From: Mobula hypostoma
Lineage: Eukaryota
Direction of reading: 5' to 3'
NCBI RefSeq assembly: GCF_963921235.1
Contig: NC_086097.1
Coordinates: 112,036,001 to 112,100,000, forward strand
DNA: 64,000 nucleotides
Positions 12,443 to 23,500 of this stretch are shown piece by piece. The notes under the pieces are model-generated. The model saw nothing but the letters and a program-made list of their open reading frames with translations. It was not told the origin of the DNA and ran no database searches. Each line of letters begins with the position of its first letter. Position 1 is the first letter of the stretch. The translations under genes and the position numbers were made by a program.

Positions 12443-12460
12443 ATCCCAGACGAGCCCCCA
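12443..12460 (-). promoter_or_regulatory. Primer binding site complementary to the tRNA-Pro 3' end
   Basis: TGGGGGCTCGTCTGGGAT; 17/18 match to the canonical PBS-Pro TGGGGGCTCGTCCGGGAT; 4 nt from the LTR. Confidence 0.92.
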
Positions 12461-12696
12461 ATTTAGTCACATTATCAGCAACAATGAATTATGAATTGAG
12501 GCAGGTTTTATAAACAAACATAAACATTTATTAAACTCTGCTCAATAATAGCGAAAAGTATTCAAACGACTAACATAACTGGAAGTTAACTGCTATACGG
12601 CAACTCTGGAACAGTTCTTAAAAGGGTAAATGTGAAAACAGTTCTTAAAGTGGTAAATTGGAACCCAGTCTTAAAATGGTAAATGAAAGTCCAGGT

Positions 12697-12909
12697 AACA
12701 CACATCAAAGTTGCTGGTGAATGCAGCAGGCCAGGCAGCATCTCTAGGAAGAGGTACAGTCAACGTTTCAGGCCGATTTCAGGCTCGGCCTGAAAAGTCG
12801 ACTGTACCTCTTCCTAGAGATGCTGCCTGGCCTGCTGCGTTCACCAGCAACTTTGATGTGTGTTGCTTGAATTTCCAGCATCTGCAGAATTCCTCGTGTT
12901 TGTGTTTTT
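12697..12909. mobile_element. Tiny PLE-derived fold-back insertion in the Gmr1 5' LTR
   Basis: Arms 12697-12776 and 12785-12864 are reverse complements around an 8-nt loop and match the PLE terminus at 8573-8653. Flanked by an imperfect duplication aaagtcca(g/a)gt. Confidence 0.85.
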
Positions 12910-13243
12910 AAATTCAAAAGTCCAAGTGTTTTACACAGTCAATAAGGAGAGACTTCTCTGGAAATGGATTTCTTCGAAGACGTGATGTTACTGCTGATTC
13001 TCCAAAGGATTCACGATGAAGGAAATAAAACAGCTAAAAGGAACTGACCTTTTTCCTGGCGAGTAGACACTGCACAACTTCCCTGCTCTTGCAGGATTTA
13101 TCTCAGATACAGGTCACCACTTCTGAATAAATGCTCGATAAGGTCGATCCTCTATAAAACCGCTGAACGACTCCAACTTTATTCTGATCCGTCAGGTTCC
13201 CACCCTTTAATAAGGCCTTCACTCTCCGATACTAAAGTAAAGG

Positions 13244-13544
13244 CATCCGTTAGTCTTGCAAGACCATGGATCTGAGCCTCGAAAGTCTTCACTCTCCAGG
13301 ACGCAGGCTTGTACTGGAAGACCAGCAGTTGCCCATGCTGCAAGTCTCCCCTCTCCACGACACCAATGTTGTCCAAGGGAAGGGCATTAGGACCAATACA
13401 GCTTGGCACCAGTGTTATCGCAAAGCAATATGTGATTAAGTGCCTTGCTCAAGGACACAATACGTTCCCTCGGCTGGGGCTCGAACTCACGACCTTCAGG
13501 TCGCTAGTCCAATGCCTTAACCACTGGGCCACGTGCCCACATAC
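13244..13544 (-). mobile_element. Full-length tRNA-derived SINE with 7-bp TSD
   Basis: TSD GTAAAGG (13237-43, 13545-51); absent from the sister LTR; A-box TGGCCCAGTGG, B-box GAGTTCGAGCC; CORE-like tgtgtccttgagcaaggcacttaa. Confidence 0.9.
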
Positions 13545-15339
13545 GTAAAGGTAAATCAAAGATACGCAACAAAGCTGGCAGCGATTTGTGAAACTGCTGG
13601 CACAACGATTTTACCATACAATAAAAAGTAAAACTCCGTTTTAAAACGAAACTGCATCATAAATCGAATACACAACATAATGGAGTAACTAACGAATCAA
13701 ACAACAACTCAGCTGAAACTAACTGCGTCACCAGGGTTTCCCTTTTTATACCTGTAGAGAACAGGTCATCAGGTGACCTCATACTGGCGGGAAAATTACA
13801 TCATGTGACCTCCGCAAGACCATTACATCATGCTCATAAGACAGTCACAAGATACCCAAGAACTGGGTGGGAGGAGGTTGATTCTTTGCTGAGGCTTGTG
13901 CAAGGAGACGGGAGAGGAGGTTTTGGGGTTCTAACATTGTTCTGTCATTCATTCTTTTGGGGTTCTTCTGTTTTTCCTGGGTGTCTGTGGAGAGTAAGAA
14001 TTTCAGGTTGTATATTGTATATATTTTCTGATAATAAATGGATCCATTTGAACCATTTGAAACAATCATTTGTTTTCGCTATGGGGACGTGTTTCTCACT
14101 ATCTATCCTACCTATACCGCTCAGAGTTTTGTGTCTGTCAATCAGTTTCCGCTTTCTATCCTTTGATAAAAAGAAACTCGGTTTCTCCGGTCTCTGCTCA
14201 TAATTGAAACATTCTTGCTTAAGTAATATCCTGGTAAATTTCCCATGCAATCACATGGTTTCTAAATGAGGCAGCCAGAACTACATATGATATTCCAGTT
14301 GTGGCCAAACTAATGTTTCAGAACAACCACTCTAATATTTATTCTATGCCCAGATCTATGAAAGAAAGTGTACAATATTAAGACAACCTGCTGGAGGAAC
14401 TCAGTGGGTCAAGCAATATGTGTAGAGGAAAAGGGACAGTTTAGTCCTGATACAGAGTTGCAACCTCACATGTCAACCATCCCTCTGCCTTCACAGATAC
14501 TGCCTGTCTCAATGAGTTCCTTCATCATTGTTGTTTCAAATTCCAGCATCTGCAGTCTCTTCTGTCTCAAAGTATCCTGTATACCTTCTTCACCAACTTA
14601 TCTGCCCATGCTGCCATCTCCAGGAACTCTTGAACTTGTACACTAAAGTCCCTCTATCCATTAATACCTATCGCCCCATGCCACCTGGGCTCAAACATTC
14701 ATTATACATGTGCTCATCCCAATAGTCCTTCCAAAATGCTTCACGTCACACTTTGTAGGATTATGTTCCACTTACCATTCCTCTCCCATTTCCCCATTTT
14801 ACCAGATGATCAATACTGTACTGTGGCCTTCAACAATAACTCACACTATTAACATCACAAACTTTGTTGCAGGATTTCAACCCCAGATGCTGAAGAATCC
14901 TTTCTGGTCACAGATACTGCTAGAACCATTGAGTTGCTCCAGCAGGTTTTTTGTTGATCTAGATTCCAGCATCTGCAGTCTCCATGTCACCAATTTACAG
15001 TATGTATCATCTGTGACTGTGTTAATCATGTCATCTGCATACACATCCAAGTAGTTAGTGCGTGTTACAAGTAGTATAGGGCACTGCATTAATCCTGTGG
15101 TAAACTACTGGTCACTAGCTTCCAATCATGAGAACAAAACTACTGCCTCCTTTTATCAACCAATGTTTTGGATCCAATTTGCCAATTTTTCTTGGATATC
15201 ACAGCCTCTAATTATTGGGACGCACTTCTCATCAACAGCTTTACTTAAGCCCATATCAAACACACTACCTTATCAATGCATTCACAGTAGTTACCTCTTA
15301 AAGTACTAATCTTGTACCACTCCTCTTCACTGCTTCTCT

Positions 15340-16700
15340 ATAGCTTTCTTGCAGATATCACTGCCCTTCCTTTGCCAAGTGGCACAATAAGCTCTTGAAA
15401 GATCATTATTAATGCTTCCACAACCTTTTCAGCCACCTCTTTCAGATCTCTGGGGTGTACACCATATGGTCCAGGTGACTTATTCACCTTCACACCTCTC
15501 AGTTTCCCAAGAACCTTCTCCCTAGTAATGGTAACTTCATGGCTCCTCACACCTGGAATTTCCATCACACTGCTAGTGTCTTCCACAGTGAAGACTGATG
15601 CAAAATATTTATTCAATTCATCCGCTATTTTGTTGTCCCCCATTACTACCTCTCCAGCATCATTTTCCAGTGGTCTGATATCCACTCTCACTTTGCTTTT
15701 ACACTCTACGTATCTGAAGAAACTTCTGGTATTCTCTTTAATATTATTGGCCAGCTTACTTCCATATTCCATCTTTACCTTCTTAATGACTTTTTTAGTT
15801 GCTTTCTGTTGGTTTTTAAAAGCTTCCCAATCCTCTAACTTCCCACTATTTTTTGCTCTATTATATGCCCTCTCTTTGGCTTTTATGTTGGCTTTGACTT
15901 CTCTTGTTAGCCACGGTTGTGTCATCTTGCCTTTAGAATACTTTGTTATTCTTTTTACTCCACTATAATACTGATACATCTGACTTTAGCTTTTCCTTCT
16001 CAAATTTCAGGGTGAATTTGATCATATCATGATCACTTTCCCCTTAGGGTTCTTTTACATTAAGCTCTCTGATCAATTCCAGTTCATTGCACAACACCCA
16101 ATCCAGAATTGCTGATCCCTTAGTGAGCTCAACCACGAGCTGCTCTAAAAAAACCATTTCATAGGCATTCTAGAAATTCCTCCTCTTGGGATCCAGCACC
16201 AACCTGGTTTTCCCAATCTATTGCATATTGAAATCCCCCATGACTATTGTAACATTGCCCTTTTTTCCCATCTCCCATTGTAACTTATAGACCACATCCT
16301 TACTACTGTTTGAGAGTCTGCATACAATTCACATTAGGGTATTTTAACCCTTGTAGTTCTTTAGCTCCATGCACAATGATTCAATGCCTTCTGACCCTAA
16401 GTCATCTTTTTCTAATGATTTGATGTCATTTTCTTTTACCAACAGAGCAACACCACCCCCTCTACCTTCCTGCCTTTCCTTTCAATGCAATGTGTATCCA
16501 TGGACTTGAAGCTTCCAGCCATGATTCAGCATCATACATGCCAATCTGTAACTGTTCTACAAGTTCATCTACCCTATTCTGTATACTGCGCGCATTCACA
16601 TATAACACCTTGAGTCCTGTATTCACCCTTCTCAATTTTGTTTATCTTTTACATTGAAACTTATCCTGTTGACTGAAATTTTGCCCTATCATTAGCCTCT
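15340..16700 (-). mobile_element. CR1 LINE ORF2 5' half (APE/linker), decayed
   Basis: ORF 15338..15979 QPWLTREVK..LNKYFASVFT..KSPGPYGVHPR. Confidence 0.9.
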
Positions 16701-16756
16701 CCTTACAAACCAGATTTTATCTTAAATGTTGAGCAATGGGTAGGTAGGTTTGTAAA

Positions 16757-17350
16757 GTGAACTTTTGGCACATTGGCCTTCATAATCAAAGTCCTGAGTA
16801 CAGGAGATGGGATGTTATGTTGAAGTTGTATAAATCATTAGTGAGGCCTAATTTGGAGTATTCTGTGCAGTTTTGGTCTTCAACCTACAGGGAAAATATC
16901 AATAAAATTGAAAGAATGCAGAGAAAATTTACAAGGATTTTGCAGGGACTTGAGGAATTGAGTTATAGAGAAAGGTTAATTACGTCATTATTCCCTGGAG
17001 CATAGGGGAATGAGGGGAGATATAGATATACAGAATTATGAGGAGAATAGACGGGGTAAATGCAAGCAGGCTTTTTACACTGAGTTTGAGTGAAACTAGA
17101 ACTAGACCACTTGAGTTAAGCATAAAAGGTAAACTGTTTAAGGGAAACATGAGGAGAAACATCTTCACTCGGAAAGTGGTGAGAGTGTGGAACGAGCATC
17201 CAGTGGAAGTGGTAAATGGGGGTTTGCTTTCAACATTTAAGAGAAATTTGAATAGGTATATGGATGGGAGGGCTATGGTCCAGGTGTAAGTGGATGGGAC
17301 TAGGCAGAGTAATATTTTGGCTTGATATATATGTTTCTGTGTTGTAGTGT
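16757..17350 (+). mobile_element. CR1 LINE 3' fragment
   Basis: LYKSLVRPNLEYSVQFWS; RRNIFTRKVVRVWN. Confidence 0.88.
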
Positions 17351-18019
17351 GACTAAAAACAGAGTTAATGATTCAGGTTAACAACTATTTTTTAGAAAGG
17401 TCTTCAGCCCCCTCTATTAAACGTGTAAAAGAACTAAGAACAATATTCTGTGCCACCATCATTATTGCAAAGCAATATAGATGCCATAAAGAAAGTTTTG
17501 GAAGTTCTTGAGCACTCTGCAGTATTTTGCAATATGCTGGCAGTTGTCTTATTGAAAAAAACATACAAAATTATTTGGTATCAATTATCTATATTAATCT
17601 ACAAATCACGTAAAAATCATGATTCACTACAATGGTGACAAGATCTTATTGCTAAGATATGCTTACTCTCATCAAGGAGCTATCTGGTGCTATCATTCAG
17701 CGAGGACAATTTATAACAGTGACAAAGTTAAGCATCTGGAAATTAAACATATTTTTCATGGAGTGTCCAATGTAGTGAAAGTTCAGTTACTGACTCTACA
17801 TTACTGGCATGAGGGCTTTTCACAAAATATGAATTATCTTCTTTAAAATTTGCAGTCCTCAGAACACAGCACATCTGTTGAAGATTTCTTATCACAAGAA
17901 AATAAGTTCAAAATTGCCTTGTTTTTGATTTTTTTTGCATTTACATTTTATTTGTTAGATTTTGCATCCTGTTTGTAGATTTTGTTGGTTTAAGCAGTGG
18001 ACTACAATTTTGGTTTTCG

Positions 18020-18405
18020 TTCCAGAGATTTGATAGATGTACTGTATGCAAAATTTATGAGGGACATAGGTAAGATAAATGCAATCAGGCGTTTTCCGCT
18101 GAGGTTGGGAGGGACTACAACTAGAGGTCATGGGTTAATGGTGAAAGGTGAAAAGTTTAAAGAGCACATGAGGGGAAACTTCTTCACTCAGAGGGTTGTG
18201 AAAGTTGGAATGAGCTGCCAGCACAAGTGGTTCATGTGAGTTCAGTGACAATGTTTAAGTGGTTTGGATAGTTAAGTGGAAAATAGGGGTATGGAAGTCT
18301 AGGGTCCTGGTGCAGGTTGAAGGGAATAGGCAGTTTAAATATTTTGGAATGGATTAGGCGGGCAGAAGGGCCTGTTTCTATGCTGTACATTTCCATGACT
18401 ATGAC
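18020..18405 (+). mobile_element. CR1 LINE 3' end
   Basis: TTTRGHGL..RGNFFTQRVV; 3' UTR gaagggcctgtttc. Confidence 0.8.
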
Positions 18406-18539
18406 TCTATTTGTAATTGTGCTGGTTTAGAAGTCATACACACAGAAAAGGAATTTGTTATATTTTTGGATTCTCCATTCCTCACAAGTATCTCTTTATC
18501 CCTTGTTCGTAGTCTAGCTTCAATATCTGACATGGTTGA

Positions 18540-20370
18540 CCAAAGGGCATTCGTGCAGTACCAGATGACTGGACGGTGGCAAAGGATATTCCTTTGGTCA
18601 AAAAAGGGTGTAGGGATAACCCTGTGCATTGTAGACCAGTGATTCTTACTTCAGAAAACTATTGGAGATGATTCATAGCAACTGGATTTACAATAACTAT
18701 ACAGGGATCCGGAATCAGAGACTTCAGGAATAATGAGCCATCTAACTGGTAGCTGAAAAATCATGAAGGCTGGAAGGGCTACCAGATAGTGGATACTTTG
18801 CTGCTAAGATGTGGACAGTATCCAACACGGTGTACAAGGAATAAAGGGGACAAACAAGTGAAAACCTGTAGGAGATGTGGTGTGGCCAATGAGACCCTGG
18901 CCCACATCTCCGGACTTGGATGCTGTCCAAGTCGCATGCCATCCTTGGTCAATGTCTCCCATCCACTACATAATGTACTGGTTGGGCACAGGAGTACATT
19001 CAGCCAGAAACTCATTCCACCGAGATGCAACACAGAGCGTCATAGGAAGTCATTCCTGCCTGTGGCCATCAAACTTTACAATTCCTCCCTTGGAGGGTCA
19101 GACACCCTGAGCCAATAGGCTGGTCCTGGACTTATTTCCTTGCATAATTTACATATTACTATTTAATTATTATGGTTTTATTACTATTTAATTATTTATG
19201 GTGCAACTGTAACGAAAACCAATTTCTCCCGGGATCAATAAAGTATGACTATGTCTATGACTATGACTATTTTGGAGAAGCATAGTCTGATTATGAATAG
19301 TCAGCATGGCTTTGTGAGGAGTAGGTTATACCTCACAAGCCTGATTGAATTCTACAAGGATGTGACAAAACAAATTGATGAAAGTAGAGCAGTGGATGTG
19401 GCATGTATGGATTTTAGTAAAGTGTTCAATAAGATTCTCTATGATAGACTCATTCAGAAAGTCCAGATGCATGGAATACAGGGGACCATGGCTATGTGGA
19501 TTCAGAACTGGCTTGCCCAAAGAAGGCAGAGCATGGTAGTAGATGGATTATATTCTGCCTAGAAGTTGGTGACCAGTGGTGCTCTGCAAAGATCTGTTCT
19601 GGGATCCTTGCTTTTTGGAATTCTTACAAATGTCTTGATGGAGGAAATGGAAAGTTGTGTTAGTAAGTTTTCAGATGACACAAAGGTTGTTGGCGTTGTG
19701 GACAGTACAGAAGATTATCATAGGTTACAACAGGACATTGACAAGATGCAAAGCTGGACTGAGAAGTAGCAGATGGAGTTCAACCTGGGAAAGTGTGAAG
19801 TGATTCACTTTGGAAGGTTGAATTTGAAGACAGAATACAGAGTTAATGGCATTATTCTTAACAGTGTGGAGAAACAAGGAATCTTGGAATCTACATCCAT
19901 AGACTCCTCAAAGTTGCTGTGCAGTTTCATAGGGCAGCTAAGAAGGTGAATGGTGTGTGGACTTCCTTAGTTGGGGGATTGAGCTTAAGAGCCATGACAC
20001 AATGTTGCAGCTCTATGAATCCATGGTTAGACCTCACTTGGAATGTTGTGTTCAGTTCTGGTCACCATATACAGGAAGAATGTAGACGCTTTATAGGGGG
20101 TGCAGTGGACATTTACCCAGATGCTGTCTGAATTAGAGAGCATGTCTTATGAGGATAGGTTGAGTAAACTAGAACTTGTCTATTTGGAGCAAAGGAAGAT
20201 TACAAGTGATTTGATGGAGAGGCATAGAGTAGATTGAGTGAATAGCCAGAGACCTTATCTCAGGGAAGAAATGGGAAATACCACAGGGCATAATTTTAAG
20301 GTGATTAGAGAAAAATTTAGGGGGAATTTTTTTTTACAGAGTGAGGTGAGTGTGTAGAACACCCAGCCAG
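18540..20370 (+). mobile_element. CR1 LINE RT region, interrupted at 18701-19270
   Basis: SQHGFV..LTSLIEF..DFSKVFNK; VSKFSDDTKV; reads across the insert. Confidence 0.85.
18701..19270 (+). mobile_element. Composite insert: R2-group zinc-knuckle fragment joined to a Rex1-like 3' end with (ATGACT)n tail
   Basis: LRCGQYPTR..CRRCGVANETLAHISG then HPLH..RHRKSFLPVAIKLYN, AATAAA and microsatellite tail; ACTAT at both junctions. Confidence 0.65.
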
Positions 20371-20589
20371 GAGTGGTGGTAGATATATAGAGTAACATAA
20401 TTTGGAGAAATGTACACAATTCATAACCACCGCCATTGAGTTGGGGTTTTGCTTTGAGAGGCTGGTCTGATGTGATGTTGTTACATAAGGATTTATAGCA
20501 TACCTTTGTATATAGGTTATGGAGTTCAGTAAAATGTGTTACAGATTTCATTATACATAAAATGCCTCACTTTGTTTTACTTGTGGAAA

Positions 20590-23500
20590 CCTACATTGAT
20601 GACCCTGATGCTCTAGGATGATTCTGGAGTTATTGAACTTGTTGGTCAGCGCTGTTGCTTTGAAACTATTTAGATGTGGTAGTGTCGCTCAGCATTTCCA
20701 CAGCTGCGAGAGAGGTGAGCCTGCTTGAATATTTGCCTGAACGTGGTAAATACTGCTTGCTGAAAACTCACCTTTTACAGGCTTTTGCCCAACAGTTGCT
20801 CTCCTTGCCCAGCCTCAACGATGGTAAGCCGTCAGAGCTAATGGACCACATGCTGTCTCTCCTGATGAATTACCATCTTTGTTTTATTTTTAAAGAACTC
20901 TTTCATGCAGCAAGTGCCTGATCTAGCTCGCATAGTCCTCACTAATGCATCCGTGATGGACTATAGGGAACTTGCTAAAATATTGATCGTCACACTCAGT
21001 GATGCATCACCTGTCCTCCTTTCTGTACCTTAATAAGCCTGGTCAGCAAGGCCCCTAACAGAAGGACACCAGCAGCTGCGAAACAGACAACACTGGACCT
21101 GTGCTTTTACCATGCTTGCTTTGGTAGGAACGCTAGGAAGTGCCGACAGTCTTGCAGCTTCGACGGTGCCAGCTCATCGGGACATCAGAGGCCTGTTCTA
21201 GCTGCCAGGGTGGCTTGTTCATCACAGACACCCTTTCATGACGACGCTTCCTGTGTGTCACAGCTGCTCAAGTGAGTGTGCTGCTGGCATTGATCAGAAG
21301 GCAAAGACCTAGAAAAGCTGGCAACTGCAAAGGCTGAGTTTGCCAACATGGAAAGACTTGGAATTGTACACTGAATGAATAGCCTTGGGCTTCACCCCTC
21401 CTTGTCGTACAGCTACAGATTGGTAAGTATGATATTGTGGCCATCACTGAGACGTGGCTAAAGGATGCATGTCTCTGGGAGCTGAACGTCCAAGGATACA
21501 CGGTGTATTGTAAGGATAGGAAGGTAGGCAGAGGGGGAGGCGTGGCTTCATTAGAAAGAGGTGATATAGGATCGGAAGGTGCAGAATCTTTATGGGTTGA
21601 GCTAAGAAATAGCAGGGGTAAAAGGACCCTGATGGCAGTTATTTATAGGCCTCCAAACAGCTGCAGTGATGTGGACTACAAATTACAACAGGAAATAGAA
21701 AAGGCTTGTCAGAAGGCCAGTGTTATGATAATTGTGGGGGATTTTAACATGCGAGTGGATTGGGAAAATCAGGTCGGCACTGGATCTCAAGAGAGAGAAT
21801 TTGTAGAATGTCTGTGAGATGGCTTTTTAGAACAACTTGTTGTTGAGCCCACTAGGGGATCGGCTGTACTGGATTGGGTATTGTGTAATGAACTGGAGGT
21901 GATTAGAGAGATTGAGGTGAAGGAACCCTTAGGAGGCAGTGACCATAACATGATTGAGTTCACTGTGAAATTTGAAAAAGAGAAGCCGAAATCTGATGTG
22001 TCAGTATTTCAGTGGATTAAAGGAAATTACAGTGGCATGAGAGAGGAACTGGCCAAAGTTGACTGGAAAGGGACACTGGCGGGAAAGACAGCAGAGCAGC
22101 TGTGGCTGGAGTTTATGCAAGAAGTGAGGAAGGTGCAAGACAGGTATATTCCAAAAAAGAAGAAATTTTCTAATGGAAAAAGGATGCAACCATGGTTGAC
22201 AAGAGAAATCAAAGCCAAAGTTAAAGAAAAAGGGAGGGCATACAAGGAAGCAAAAATTAGTGGGAAGACAGAGGATTGGGAAGTTTTTAAAAGCTTACAA
22301 AAGGAAACTAAGAAGGTCATTAAGAAGGAAAAGGTTAACTATGAAAGGAAGCTAGGAAATAATATCAAAGAGGATACTAAAAGCTTTTTCAAGTATATAA
22401 AGAGTAAAAGACAGGTGAGAGTAGATATAGGACCGATAGAAAATGATGCTGGAGAAATTATAATGGGAGATAAGGAGATGGCGGAGGAACTGAATGAGTA
22501 TTTTGCATCTGTCTTCACTGAGGAAGACATTAGCAGTATACCGGACACTCAAGGGCGGCAGGGAAGAGAAGTGTGCGCAGTCACAATTACGACAGAGAAA
22601 GTACTCAGGAAGCTGAATAGTATAAAGGTAGATAAATCTCCCGGACCAGGTGGAATGCACCCTCGTGTTCTGAAGGAAGTAGCTATGGAGATTGTGGAGG
22701 CATTAGCGATGATCCTTCAAAAGTCGATAGATTCTGGCATGGTTCCGGAGGACTGGAAGATTGCAAATGTCACTGTGCTATTTAAGAAGGGGGCAAGGAA
22801 GCAAAAAGGAAATGTTAGACCTGTTAGCTTGACATTGGTGGTTGGGAAGTTGTTGGAGTCTATTGTCAAGGATGAGATTACAGAGTACCTGGAGGCATAT
22901 GACAAGATAGGCAGAACTCAGCATGGATTCCTTAAAGGAAAATCCTGCCAGACAAACCTATTACAATTCTTTGAGGAAATTGCAGGTAGACTAGACAAGG
23001 GAGATGATGTTGTATATTTGGATTTTCAGAAGGCCTTTGACAAGGTGCCACACATGAGGCTACTTAACAAGATAAGAGCCCATGGAATTACGGGAAAGTT
23101 ACATACGTGGATAGAGCGTTGGCTGATTGGCAGGAAACAGAGAATGGGAATAAAGGGATCCTATTCTGGTTGGCTGCCAGTTACCAGTGGTGTTCCACAG
23201 GGGTCCGTGTTGGGACCGCTTCTTTTTACATTGTACATCAACGATTTGGATTATGGAATAGATGGCTTTGTGGCTAAGTTTGCTGGCGATACGAAGATAG
23301 GTGGAGGGGCCGGTAGTGCTGAGGAGACGGAGAGTCTGCAGACAGACTTGGATAGATTGGAAGAATGGGCAAAGAAGTGGCAAATTAAATACAATGTTGG
23401 AAAGTGCATGGTTATGCACTTTGGCAGAAGAAATAAGCGGGCAGACTATTATTTAAATGGGGAAAGAATTCAAAGTTCTGAGATGCAATGGGACTTGGGA

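Larger units (their letters stand above)
4723..13858 (-). mobile_element. Decayed Gmr1-type Ty3/gypsy LTR retrotransposon (outer LTR ends lost; three nested insertions)
   Basis: Paired LTRs, PBS-Pro and PPT ggagggagg (5317-5325). Minus-strand order: gag, protease, integrase (HHCC remnant, core, GPY/F), RT, RNase H. Confidence 0.93.
12465..13858 (-). repeat. 5' LTR of the Gmr1-type element (first ~14 nt missing; two inserts)
   Basis: Colinear with 4723-5302 once inserts 12697-~12909 and 13244-13544 are removed; minus-strand AATAAA near 12527-12532; abuts the PBS. Confidence 0.88.

Noticed and set aside
13465..13544. tRNA gene
   Set aside because: It is the head of a TSD-flanked SINE; it runs into a SINE body rather than ending as a tRNA.
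4723..13858. Endogenous retrovirus (because of the MLV-like PBS-Pro)
   Set aside because: No env between RNase H and the PPT; gypsy-type RT; integrase precedes RT.
17350..18000. Exon in a unique AT-rich stretch
   Set aside because: Short ORFs with no recognisable homology or convincing splice pair.
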